This document shows positions 31,275 to 42,017 of a stretch of 64,000 nt of DNA, piece by piece. Each line of letters begins with the position of its first letter. Within the stretch, counting starts at the first letter, position 1. The notes below the pieces were generated by a model. That model saw only the letters and a program-made list of their open reading frames with translations, did not search any database and had not been told where the DNA came from. The stretch is from Pirellulales bacterium (lineage in GTDB: Bacteria > Planctomycetota > Planctomycetia > Pirellulales > PALSA-1355), in contig CAVTBU010000005.1 in the NCBI GenBank assembly GCA_963733035.1, forward strand, positions 960,001-1,024,000. The letters are read 5' to 3'. A program made the position numbers and the translations under genes.

Positions 31275-31772
31275 ATGTCCATGTTCATTGGCGAGGCGTT
31301 GGTCGGCGAAGGCAATGAAATCGCCCATATCGACCTGTTGATCGGTAGCAAGGATGGTCCGGTGGGTGTCGCATTCGCCAATGCTTTGGCTCGTCAGAGC
31401 GAAGGACACACGAACTTGTTGGCCGTTTTGACGCCGAATCTGGCCGTCAAGCCGTCGACCGTGATGATCACGAAAGTCACGATCAAAGGTATGAAGCAGG
31501 CCGTGCAGATGTTCGGTCCGGCTCAGGCGGCCGTCGCCAAGGCGGTTGCCGATTCGGTTGCCGACGGCGTGATTCCGCAGAAGGACGCTGAGGACCTTGT
31601 CATTGTCTGCGGTGTGTTCATCCATCCTGCCGCCGAAGAAGACAAGAAGATTTACGACTACAACTACCAAGCTACGAAGGACGCCATCTCCAGTGCAATG
31701 CAGGGTAAGCCAAACGTAAAGGAAATGCTTGCAGGGAAGGACCAGGCCGCCCATCCGTTCCGAGGCTTCTAG
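31275..31772 (+). CDS. fae: Formaldehyde-activating enzyme
   Basis: GEALVGEGNEIAHIDLLIG...GHTNLLAV..PNL...QAVQMFGPAQAAVAKAV...VFIHP...YNYQATK. Confidence 0.97.
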   Translation: MSMFIGEALVGEGNEIAHIDLLIGSKDGPVGVAFANALARQSEGHTNLLAVLTPNLAVKPSTVMITKVTIKGMKQAVQMFGPAQAAVAKAVADSVADGVIPQKDAEDLVIVCGVFIHPAAEEDKKIYDYNYQATKDAISSAMQGKPNVKEMLAGKDQAAHPFRGF

Positions 31773-31820
31773 CTTTGGTGTCGACGCCGACTAAAGGTCA
31801 TGTCTGCCGAGAACAGCGGT

Positions 31821-31858
31821 GAGCTCACGGGCCGATTTTTGGCCCGTGGGCTCTTTTT
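31821..31858 (+). terminator. Rho-independent terminator after fae
   Basis: GAGCTCACGGGCC-loop-GGCCCGTGGGCTC followed by TTTTT. Confidence 0.8.
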
Positions 31859-31902
31859 CATGCAATTCACGCGTCCAGCCGCCTGCCAGGGAGTACGCCG
31901 CG

Positions 31903-32773
31903 GTGAGCAAGCCTAGAATTCTCGTGCAATTGGATACGGACTCCCAGCCCAGTGTTTTCGACGGCGTCGTTGCGATCGACGCCGACGTCGATCAGCTACT
32001 GCGCTACGGTGGCGTGCAGGCCGAACAGGTTCGCGACCTCGTCTTCGGTGCGATTTTTACCCGTGGCATAGATGACCTCAAATACACAGCTCTGTTCGTG
32101 GGCGGTTCGGACGTCGCAGCTGGCGAAGAGCTATTGTCAAAGATCAAGAAAACGTTCTTCGGGCCAATGCGTGTCTCGGTAATGCTTGACTCTAATGGGG
32201 CCAATACGACCGCCGCGGCTGCTGTGTTGAGTGCCGCACGGCATTGCCGGCTGCAAGGCGCTGAAGCTGTCGTGCTCGCGGCCACGGGGCCGGTAGGATC
32301 CCGCGTCGTGCGACTGCTGGCGATGGAAGGCACCCGTGTGCGGGTTGCATCTCGGAACAGGGCACGCGCCGAGGCGGTCTGCCAAGCCGTTTTGGAACAA
32401 ACTCCCGATGCCGAATTGAGACCTCTGGAACTACGCTCGGCCGATGCGGCAATCGAACCGTTGGCAGATGCTCAAATCGTCATTGCGGCCGTGCGCGCCA
32501 GGTGTGGAATTGGCCACTATCTCGGCACGGTCGCAAAGCAAAACTCTGGAAGTCGCGATTGATCTAAGCGCCGTGCCACCTCTGGGACTTGCTGGTGTCG
32601 AGGTCATGGACCGTGCTGTTGAGCGTGAGGGGATGACATGCTACGGCGCAATCGGAGTCGGTGGCACGAAAATGAAAATTCACAAAGCGGCGATTCGCGA
32701 GCTGTTTGCTGATCACGATCGCGTGCTCGACGCCGAGGAAATCTATCGTCTAGGGCAGCAGATCGGCATCTGA
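31903..32773 (+). CDS. mtdC: NAD(P)-dependent methylene-H4MPT/H4F dehydrogenase (MtdA/MtdC type), frameshifted near 32491
   Basis: QLDTD.QPSVFD.VVA.DA, GAIFTRG, DSNGANTTAAAAV and ATGPVG. The second frame has DLSAVPPLG...GAIGVGGTKMKIHKA. Confidence 0.9.
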
Positions 32774-32799
32774 ACGGGAGGAGGCTCCGGCTCCGACAG

Positions 32800-33234
32800 T
32801 TACATTCGGCTGAGCAAGAGTAATGCAATAATCAGCAGGGCGAGTCCGCCAGCCATCAGGATCGTACTACGTCGCTGACGGCGGCGTGTTTTTTCCTCGC
32901 GGCTCAAGGTCCGCACGGCGCGTTTTTCAGCGGGCCTCCCCGCTGTATTCTCGACGGCTTCGTCCGCATTCAACTCTTTGGCGGACATCTCTATTCGGAC
33001 TTTTCGGGACGTGCGGCCGGTTCCGATCGAAAGCGTGGGTTGAATAAAATCGAGGGCCGACGATTCCCCGACATCGTCACCGCTGGCGGTTTCTTCGGAC
33101 CGGGTAGCCGGCAACTCGTCGCGTATCGCCAGCGATTGCCCGCACTTCGGGCATGCGACCAGCTCGTTGGTAGCCCGATTTTCCAATCGAAACCGCCAAC
33201 TACAATGGGGACATGCAAATTCAAACGAAGGCAT
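32800..33234 (-). CDS. Zn-ribbon protein with C-terminal TM helix
   Basis: MPSFEFACPHC...CPKCG, a basic patch, then a hydrophobic C-terminus. The ORF-track extension to 33687 overlaps the next gene. Confidence 0.75.
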   Translation of the reverse strand: MPSFEFACPHCSWRFRLENRATNELVACPKCGQSLAIRDELPATRSEETASGDDVGESSALDFIQPTLSIGTGRTSRKVRIEMSAKELNADEAVENTAGRPAEKRAVRTLSREEKTRRRQRRSTILMAGGLALLIIALLLLSRM

Positions 33235-33354
33235 CGTCCCGATACCCAGAAAGAGTTTTGACTGCCGCTTCAATTCCGACAATGCGGCTATTCTAGATTG
33301 GAAGCCGAGTTTGAGTAACCACAAACGGCAGTCAGCGCGGAGCCGAAAATTGGA

Positions 33355-34413
33355 ATGAGTCAAGTTTTTCGTACGTCGTTGCCACCGGGACAGCAACAAG
33401 TCGCAGCGGGAAAATGGCCGCTTGTTGGTGAACGCGCCCCACATTCGCTCAATGAATCCTGGAGCATGGATGTCAATGGTGAGGTCAAATGTCCCCGCGT
33501 ATTCTCGCTGGATGCACTGCTCGCGATGCCAAAACGCGAGCTGGTTGTCGACATCCACTGCGTGACTCGCTGGTCGAAACTTGCGGTGCGCTTTCAGGGT
33601 GTGCCGCTGGTCAATCTGATCACCGTCGTAGAGCCAACAAAAAGGGCACGTTTCGTATCGTTTGTCGCTCGGACGGAGCGCAACCACAGTACCTCACTTG
33701 CTCTGGATCAGGCATTGTCACTCGATTGCCTGGTCGCATTCGAGGCGGAGGGAAGGCCGCTCGCAACCGAGCATGGTGGGCCGGTACGGCTAATCGTGCC
33801 GCAGCGGTATTTCTACAAGAGCCTGAAATGGCTTTCGCGAATTGAACTTCTGGCCGAAGATCGCCTTGGATATTGGGAACGGACGGCGGGCTATCACAAT
33901 GGTGCCGATCCCTGGCGCGAGCAACGATATATCGCCAGTCGAATATCAAAAGGAGAAGCCGCGGCCATTCTTACGGGCCGGGACCTACGCCGTCGCAAGC
34001 TCTTGGGTCTGGTAGCCGAGGGGCGCGACTTAGCAGGTCTTCGAGCCGAAAGATCTGTATTACGCGATGCCAATTTTTCTGACTGCAGTCTGGTCGGTGC
34101 TTGTTTCGATGGCGCGAATCTGTCGAATGCTCATTTTGAACGCGCCTGCCTCCAGGGGGCAAGCTTCCGTGGTGCGGATCTTGACGGCGCGAACTTCGCC
34201 GGCGCCGACCTGCGGAGTGCCTGCCTGCTGGCTGACAGCATGGTAGCGGCGTCGTTCAGTGGCCCCGCAGTCAAGTCGCCGTCAGCTGGTGGCGCGCAGT
34301 TCGACGAGTCTACCCAATTCGCAACCCAACTCATCGAGCAGTTGACGCCGGTCCAACAGGCATATGTCCAAGCCGCATTGAAACGGAACCAGGAGCTACG
34401 GAATGCTGATTGA
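33355..34413 (+). CDS. Sulfite-oxidase-family molybdopterin-binding domain fused to pentapeptide repeats
   Basis: DIHCVTRWS, HGGPVRLIVP.RYFYKS.KW and GYWE...GYH...DPW.EQRY, followed by ANFS.../ANLS.../ADLD... repeats. Confidence 0.88.
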   Translation: MSQVFRTSLPPGQQQVAAGKWPLVGERAPHSLNESWSMDVNGEVKCPRVFSLDALLAMPKRELVVDIHCVTRWSKLAVRFQGVPLVNLITVVEPTKRARFVSFVARTERNHSTSLALDQALSLDCLVAFEAEGRPLATEHGGPVRLIVPQRYFYKSLKWLSRIELLAEDRLGYWERTAGYHNGADPWREQRYIASRISKGEAAAILTGRDLRRRKLLGLVAEGRDLAGLRAERSVLRDANFSDCSLVGACFDGANLSNAHFERACLQGASFRGADLDGANFAGADLRSACLLADSMVAASFSGPAVKSPSAGGAQFDESTQFATQLIEQLTPVQQAYVQAALKRNQELRNAD

Positions 34414-35113
34414 CAAGCTTGCCCCACTCGATGTGCTGGTTGTGGCACCGCACCCCGACGACGCCGAACTGGGAATGGGCGGAGCGATTGCGCAGTACAA
34501 GGCTGAGGGCTACCGCGTGGGGGTGCTCGACCTGACCGATGGCGAACCAACACCGTTTGGAAGCCCTGAAACTCGCGCTCAGGAGACGGCTGCGGCCACG
34601 GCAATTCTTGACCTCGATTGGCGCGGAAACTTGGGGCTACCCAACCGGAGCGTGCAAGCATCACTGGAAGCTCGAGCCGCTTTGGCCGCCGTGTTCCGCA
34701 AGCTGAGACCCCGCCTGCTGTTCAGCCCCTATTGGGTCGATGCCCATCCCGACCACATGGCGGCCGTAGAACTTATCGAGGCAGCTCGCTTCTGGTCGAA
34801 GCTTACAAAGACGGATATACCGGGTGAACCGCATCATCCTTCTCGAATTCTCTACTATAACTGTGTGCATCTGCGGTTGGTCGAGAAACCTGCCTTCATA
34901 CTCGATATCAGCAGGACCTGGGAGAAGAAGCTGGCGAGCATCCAGTGCTATCGCAGCCAGTTCATCACAGGTCGTCCAATGGCCCCACCGACATTTCTCG
35001 ACCGGCTCCGCGATCAGGCCGCCTATTGGGGTTGGTCGATCGGCACGTCCTATGGCGAAGCATTCGCGAGTCGCGAGCCGTTAGGGCTTGCCAGCATGCG
35101 AGATCTAGTTTAG
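34403..35113 (+). CDS. bshB1: PIG-L family deacetylase, BshB1-like
   Basis: APHPDDAELG.GG, DLT.GE, DAHPDH and CY.SQF; start overlaps the upstream stop. Confidence 0.8.
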   Translation: MLIDKLAPLDVLVVAPHPDDAELGMGGAIAQYKAEGYRVGVLDLTDGEPTPFGSPETRAQETAAATAILDLDWRGNLGLPNRSVQASLEARAALAAVFRKLRPRLLFSPYWVDAHPDHMAAVELIEAARFWSKLTKTDIPGEPHHPSRILYYNCVHLRLVEKPAFILDISRTWEKKLASIQCYRSQFITGRPMAPPTFLDRLRDQAAYWGWSIGTSYGEAFASREPLGLASMRDLV

Positions 35114-35538
35114 TCACGATCGTCAAATGCGGCATAGCCCGAAATTGCTAGGCCGCTCGGAACGACCGGAAAATTCCAAACGCCTCTCGGTTCGAATCGA
35201 TTGCTGATGGAGCGAGACCACGACGGCGGCCGGTTCGCCTGCGTTGCTGTCGATCGTCTTGGCAAAACGCCTGCGCCAGCAAAGTAAGCAGCCCGGCTAC
35301 TCCACGTAGCATGTCGCTTCGAGTCAGCGCGGATTCCGCGGTCGCACAGCGCTGACATGAATCTCAAACGGAATTGCACGCCGGACGGTTGTACCGATGA
35401 CCGCTTTTTAGGCCTTGAAAAACGCGAGTCGTGAAACGCGTGTCGAATCGCCGATAAGTAGGGTTGGAATAACTGGGTGAGAGCGGCAAGCAGCTGACCT
35501 CGCCTGCAAGCCTGCCGTGCACTGGAAGGAGCCTCGCA

Positions 35539-35787
35539 GTGAATCAAGACATCAACGTCCTGGCCTTGGTCAAAGGTGCTGAGCGCTACGTTTTTCTGTA
35601 CGACGACACGAGTCGTGCCGAGACCCTGCGCGTGCTGGGACGCTATGCCTCGAATCCAGAACTAAGCTTTACCTGGTACGATGCTGCCGTCCTGAGCCAA
35701 AAGATCCGTCAGGAATCTCGCAAGGCGCCGGCAGGCGTGCGGCGTTTCGACCTCCCGCTTCCAAGTGACGCCGACACCGACGAATAA
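35539..35787 (+). CDS. Small conserved-looking hypothetical protein
   Basis: AGGAG RBS, GTG start, INVLALVKG.ERYVFLYDD...ASNPELSFTWYDAAVL. Confidence 0.8.
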   Translation: MNQDINVLALVKGAERYVFLYDDTSRAETLRVLGRYASNPELSFTWYDAAVLSQKIRQESRKAPAGVRRFDLPLPSDADTDE

Positions 35788-35820
35788 TACCGGCAATTGC
35801 TGATTACCCTCGCAACCGCA

Positions 35821-36720
<900 letters not shown>

Positions 36721-36753
36721 CGTGAACGCGGATCTTATTTGACGTGCGTGTGG

Positions 36754-37386
36754 TCAAACCAATCCTTTGCGCACGGCCCAAACTGCCGCTTGCGTGCGGT
36801 CGGTAACCGCAATCTTTCGCAGGATGTTTTGCACGTGTTCCTTGACAGTCTCGATGCTGATCGAGAGCGAACGCCCAATTTCCTTGTTGCTCAGACCCAA
36901 CGCCACATGTCGCAACACTTGTGTCTCACGAGTCGTCAGAGGCACGTCCTGCTTGTTGCCGTTGGGATTCTTGCTCATTGCACCGGCTACCCTTTGGAGT
37001 TCGCCTTTGCTGGAGGGGGCCTTGCCTTCGGCGGCACCGGTGATCGTTGAGATCAGTTCCTGCCGACTGGCACCCTTGAGGACGTAGTCGCAGGCCCCCA
37101 ACGCGACGGCGCGAGCTACATATGTGGGGTTGTCGTACGTCGAGAGCATAATGACCCGCGTGTTCGGAAGTTGGCGATGTATTTTGTCGAGCGCTTCCAA
37201 GCCGTCGGTGCCGGGCATGCGAATGTCCAACAGCGCGACATCGGGTTTGTGCTTCATCGCCAGCTTCACAGCTTCAGCGCCATCGGCAGCTTCGGCCACG
37301 ATCTTTACATTCGACCCCGATAACAGGCTCGCTAGGCCAGTTCGCACCACCTCGTGGTCATCTGCCACTAACACTTTGACACTCAT
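36754..37386 (-). CDS. NarL/LuxR-family response regulator
   Basis: VADDHEVVR, DIRMP, and the HTH LT.RETQVL..VA.GLSNKEI...TVK.HV.NI. Confidence 0.93.
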   Translation of the reverse strand: MSVKVLVADDHEVVRTGLASLLSGSNVKIVAEAADGAEAVKLAMKHKPDVALLDIRMPGTDGLEALDKIHRQLPNTRVIMLSTYDNPTYVARAVALGACDYVLKGASRQELISTITGAAEGKAPSSKGELQRVAGAMSKNPNGNKQDVPLTTRETQVLRHVALGLSNKEIGRSLSISIETVKEHVQNILRKIAVTDRTQAAVWAVRKGLV

Positions 37387-38022
37387 AGTATCTCCAGGAA
37401 CGTGTAGTCGAAGGAGCGGCTTGGCTAGCGGAACCAAGCGCCGACATCGAATGAAACCTGCCCCACCACTTCGGCTTGAGTCTGGGGGTCTCCAGCCGGC
37501 CCAAGCTAATGATACCCGCGTTGTTGGTGCGGAAAAGTCCCCCCCCGAGCGTGCGGCGCTTACTTTATCGTCAGAATGCGCCATGGCGCAGGGTCAGCAC
37601 GACAATCGTCACTGCGCCCGTAGCTCATCGTTCTTGGGGATGTGCGAAGAAGCCCGTGTATTTGCACGTGCAATTCGCTTAAAACACCGTGATTTGTTGT
37701 TTGGCGACAACGTACGTCCAAACAAATAACCCATTGGTCTTTGGTTAGTACTCAATGCGACGAGTGAACATGGCGCTCACCACACCCGTTGTCGTTTTTT
37801 GACGACACCTTTCCCGTGACGTAGATATTTCACGACGCCTACCAAGTGCGCCACAAACTGACTGCGTCGTGTTGGGTTTTCGCCGCGTTTGCAGGACGCA
37901 CAAATCGCTCGGTACCGGATCGTGCCAAATTTGCCGAATCTACTGCCCGTGCACAACGGCTTGCTCTGACATTCGGGTGTCCACCGGCCGGTTATTTGTG
38001 CCCTCCAGACTTGGGAGTTCCA

Positions 38023-39408
38023 ATGAGCAAGGGGTCGCTGCTTCTGGTCGACGATGATCGACTTGTCCTCGAATCGATGGCCGACTGGCTTCGGGAAAAA
38101 GGGTATGCCCTCGATGTGGCCAACAGTTTTGCCGCGGCCCAGGCCGCAATTTCCAAGAAACAATACGATCTGATCCTACTGGATATCCGCTTGGGCGACG
38201 GCGATGGCTTCGATCTGTTGTCCGAATGCCGCCAGCGGCGGCCGGATAGCACCGTGATCTTTATCACCGGCTACGGCACCGTCGACACGGCCATGGAGGC
38301 CATTCGCGCCGGTGCTTTCGACCTGCTCACGAAGCCACTGATCGATGAGGAGCTCGAAATGGCGATCGAGCGTGCGTTGGCCCAGCGCGGAATCACGGAG
38401 GAAAATAAGAATCTCAAGGCTCAACTCGATCTGCGGTTTGGGCTGGAAAATGTCGTAGGTCACGACCACCGCATGTTGCGAGTCTATGACATGATCGACT
38501 CGGTGGCCGACACTAAAGCCACGGTCCTGATCACCGGTGAGAGCGGCACGGGTAAATCTCTTGTGGCCCGCGCAGTTCACCGCCGAAGCGCACGCCGAGA
38601 CAAACCATTCATCGAGGTGGCGTGTGGCGCCCTGCCGGAAACATTGCTCGAGAGCGAGCTGTTCGGCCATGTGGCGGGCTCGTTCACTGGTGCCACTGGC
38701 GAAAAGGAAGGCAAGTTCCTGCTGGCAGATGGCGGGACGATTTTCCTAGACGAAATAGGAACCGCCAGTCCGGCGATGCAGGTCAAACTGCTTCGCGTGC
38801 TGCAGGAGTTTCAGTTCGAGCCCGTCGGTGGCAACAAGACCCAGCACGTGGACGCACGAGTGATTCTGGCTACCAACGAGGACTTGACGAAGCTCGTGAG
38901 CGAAGGCCGCTTTCGCCAGGATCTGTATTATCGTGTCAACGTAATCAACGTCGAATTGCCCCCGCTGCGAGAACGGATCTCGGACATTCCGCTTCTAGCC
39001 AAACATTTCCTTGACGACGTTTGTGAGGAAGCCGGAAAGATAGTGCACGGCTTCACGCAAGACGCCCTGACTGCCTTGCAGCGGTATGCTTGGCCTGGCA
39101 ACGTGCGCGAACTGGAAAACGTCGTCGAACGAGCTGTCTTGCTAGGCAAGTCGGACGTGATCGATCTTGATGATCTGCCGCGTACCGTGGCGGCGGCCGG
39201 GCCGTCCAGTTCTGATGCTGTCGCCGGACGGACGCTCAAGGAGGCGCTCGCCGGTCCCGAGCGGCGGATCATTCTTGACGTTCTCGAAAGTAACGATTGG
39301 AACCGTTTTGCGACGGCCGAAATCCTCGGTATCAACCGCACCACGCTCTACAAGAAGATGAAGCGACTGGGGCTGGAAGAAAGCCGACGCCCGGCAAAGA
39401 CGGAATAA
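38023..39408 (+). CDS. Sigma54-dependent response regulator (NtrC family)
   Basis: Receiver domain, GESGTGKS, ESELFGHVAGSFTGA, FLDEI, WPGNVREL and a Fis-type HTH. Confidence 0.95.
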   Translation: MSKGSLLLVDDDRLVLESMADWLREKGYALDVANSFAAAQAAISKKQYDLILLDIRLGDGDGFDLLSECRQRRPDSTVIFITGYGTVDTAMEAIRAGAFDLLTKPLIDEELEMAIERALAQRGITEENKNLKAQLDLRFGLENVVGHDHRMLRVYDMIDSVADTKATVLITGESGTGKSLVARAVHRRSARRDKPFIEVACGALPETLLESELFGHVAGSFTGATGEKEGKFLLADGGTIFLDEIGTASPAMQVKLLRVLQEFQFEPVGGNKTQHVDARVILATNEDLTKLVSEGRFRQDLYYRVNVINVELPPLRERISDIPLLAKHFLDDVCEEAGKIVHGFTQDALTALQRYAWPGNVRELENVVERAVLLGKSDVIDLDDLPRTVAAAGPSSSDAVAGRTLKEALAGPERRIILDVLESNDWNRFATAEILGINRTTLYKKMKRLGLEESRRPAKTE

Positions 39409-39568
39409 GTCTTGCTAGCAGTGCGTCAATTTGGTCGGCCCGCGTCAATTGGACCATCCAACTCGCACGTGGGGAGTTGACCGGCCGAAGATACTGGTAC
39501 GAGCCGGGCATGCGTTGTCACGGCCCTACAGGCCTTCGCGGGTAGCCCCTGCTGCCGCTGGGAGACAC

Positions 39569-39871
39569 ATGGCGATGAATCGTTGGTCCTTTCGTCTATT
39601 GTTCGTGGGCGTTGCCCTGGCTCTCTGTGCACCTTCGTCGCAAGCGGGGAAGATTTTTCAGCGTATGCAGCGTGAGAAGCAGCAACATCCGCCGCGATAT
39701 GTCCGCGGCACGATGCAGCAAAACTATGTCTTCCGCGACCGCGATGGCAACATCAAGGTGCGGGAAGTCTACCCAGGTTACGCGGAGAAATTCCCGGCTC
39801 CGGCGATGTTCTTCTACGGCTATCCGCACAGCGGATACTTTACCGGCTTGGGCATAGACGGATCGCCGTGA
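39569..39871 (+). CDS. Small secreted hypothetical protein
   Basis: GGAG RBS and a signal peptide ending SSQA. Confidence 0.65.
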   Translation: MAMNRWSFRLLFVGVALALCAPSSQAGKIFQRMQREKQQHPPRYVRGTMQQNYVFRDRDGNIKVREVYPGYAEKFPAPAMFFYGYPHSGYFTGLGIDGSP

Positions 39872-39980
39872 TCCGAGGCAATCTGAACCGGTCGGACCGA
39901 CACTCGACGGCAGAAACGACTTCGACGCGGCGTCTTCTGCTTTCAATTGCGGACACACTGAGGCCAAGGCCGTAGCGTCG

Positions 39981-40907
39981 TTAGGCGGCGTCGAAGGCGG
40001 CTCGCATTTCATCGACGTATCGGGGACAAGCCTCGCGCGGATTCTCGTTCTCTTCAAACTCCAGCACGATATAGCCGCGGTACCCCGCGTCGGCCACGAT
40101 TCGCGCCAAGCGGCCGAAATCGGCATGCTGGCGGCCACCACCTTCTGGCGAAATAGATACCTTCACCTGCACGTTGATCGCGTAGGGCGCTAGACGTGCT
40201 AATTCGGCGTAGGGATCCCGACTGTGGAAGTTCCCGGTGTCCAAGTTGACGCCAAACCAGGGACTTTGCACTGCCTTGACCAGGGCCAGCAATCCGTCGG
40301 CTGTCGCGGTCAGGCCACCGTGATTCTCCAACGCCAACATGACTCCGTGCTCTCCCGCGTACTGGCAGCATTCCTCGATTGCGGCCACTGCCAAGTTCCG
40401 GGCTTCGTCTTCGTCCGTGCCGTGCGGGTGACCGGAAAAAATGCGAATAACTGGCGCGCCCAGAATTGCGGCGTGATCGACCCAACGTTTGACGTGGGCA
40501 ATCTCGGCGTCTCGTTTTTCGCCGGGAGGATGACAAAAGTCATTGCCGACGGCCGTGCCAGACACATCGAGTCCAAGCAAGAAGCATTTATGTCGCAAGT
40601 CTCGTAGAAACTCGGGCGACGGATCGGCCGGAAAGTAGTACGACGTCAGTTCCGTGCCGTCGAGTCCCATCTTCGCGCAGTCCGCCACGAAATCGGCCAG
40701 CTCTAGTTTTTCACTCGGTGATTTGGCCTTCAGAAGATCTCGGTAACTGTATGCCGCCAGACTGTACTTGAAGAAGCTTTTGCCATTGCGTTTGATGGGT
40801 TCGATGGCCCGAACAAGCGTCGAACCATTGGCAGCCCATACTGAGACTCCGGTCGAAGCCAAGACACACTGACGGAGAAAATGACGACGGCTTGCGTGAG
40901 TGGACAT
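39981..40907 (-). CDS. Tat-exported sugar-phosphate isomerase/epimerase (TIM barrel)
   Basis: SRRHFL Tat motif, ALENHGG, NLDTGNF and GY.GY.vLEfE. Confidence 0.88.
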   Translation of the reverse strand: MSTHASRRHFLRQCVLASTGVSVWAANGSTLVRAIEPIKRNGKSFFKYSLAAYSYRDLLKAKSPSEKLELADFVADCAKMGLDGTELTSYYFPADPSPEFLRDLRHKCFLLGLDVSGTAVGNDFCHPPGEKRDAEIAHVKRWVDHAAILGAPVIRIFSGHPHGTDEDEARNLAVAAIEECCQYAGEHGVMLALENHGGLTATADGLLALVKAVQSPWFGVNLDTGNFHSRDPYAELARLAPYAINVQVKVSISPEGGGRQHADFGRLARIVADAGYRGYIVLEFEENENPREACPRYVDEMRAAFDAA

Positions 40908-41051
40908 CGGTGCAGCGTCCTTCAGGTGAGCGGATTGTATGGATGACAATTGCACATCTTGGTGCCATTGTGGCACGAGTTGGAGACAAATGGCAACCGC
41001 CGCTCCGCAAGTGCAGCACGGCCTACCGGTCGTGGCAGCAAGAGTCCTTGT

Positions 41052-42017
41052 CTAAACGGCCTTCTGCCGGACGTTGGACTGCGGCTGCCGCTCACGATGA
41101 AGAATTGCTTCGACGGCGCTGGGCGAGACAAACGCCAGGCTCGCGATCATCAACATGAGGGCGAACGTGATGTCGCCCGTAACCATCGCCAGTGATGTCC
41201 AGACGATAACGCCGAGCGTCAGCAAGAGCGGCCGCGCCAGTGGTACCCAGATCAGCACCGGGAAAACTAGTTCGAAGGCAATCACGACATGGGTCCAAAA
41301 ATCGATGACGAGTGGTGACGTTTCAAGCCACGTAAAATCAACCAGCCGAGATTCGTGTCGCGTGATCAAAAACCAGATGCCACCCCCGTTCCACCACACG
41401 TCGCCACCGAGTTGCGAAAATCCCATCATTCCCACCAACAGCGCCATGTGGATCTGGATCAGGCGTGTGGAAATGGTGGCAGTCGTGGAAAGGGGCGCGT
41501 GAGGCACGCCCAACAGAGTGCCTTTACGCGCGGCGAGCAAGGCATCCACGGAGAATCTGCGGCCGCAGGGCGCGACGCACAAGTACAACATTACCATAGC
41601 CAGGATCGATTCGGTACGTCCCGTGATCATCGGCGCCCGATTGACCACCGATAGAAACACAACGAGCGCCAAAACTGATGTGATTCGCGTCCATACACCG
41701 GCGGCGAACATCACCAGGACGGCCAGTCCCAGCAGGTGCACAATCCACAACTCGGTCGTGCCGTAGACGTAGTTCAAGTACGAGAGTGTGTTACCCTCGA
41801 GTGGCGAGATATCGACTGCCGGCAGCATCCCGCCGGGACCAAAGAACGCCGCCAAGTCAAACGTTAGCGTGGCATGCAGGTAGACCACAACGAGCCCGGC
41901 AAGCAGACGGATCGCAGATACCGTCGCAGGGTCACTGGGAATAAACCAGAAACGAGTCCAGGCAGTACCAAACCCGTTCGAAAGTCGAGCAAAATAGGAA
42001 CCGGTTGGGTGGCTCAT
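41052..42017 (-). CDS. HTTM-domain membrane protein (SdpB / vitamin-K carboxylase-like), divergent
   Basis: W.RFWF.P..P...aiR, G.wTR, NR.P, FSVDA, RLIQ.H and W..G motifs; multiple TM helices. Confidence 0.8.
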   Translation of the reverse strand: MSHPTGSYFARLSNGFGTAWTRFWFIPSDPATVSAIRLLAGLVVVYLHATLTFDLAAFFGPGGMLPAVDISPLEGNTLSYLNYVYGTTELWIVHLLGLAVLVMFAAGVWTRITSVLALVVFLSVVNRAPMITGRTESILAMVMLYLCVAPCGRRFSVDALLAARKGTLLGVPHAPLSTTATISTRLIQIHMALLVGMMGFSQLGGDVWWNGGGIWFLITRHESRLVDFTWLETSPLVIDFWTHVVIAFELVFPVLIWVPLARPLLLTLGVIVWTSLAMVTGDITFALMLMIASLAFVSPSAVEAILHRERQPQSNVRQKAV

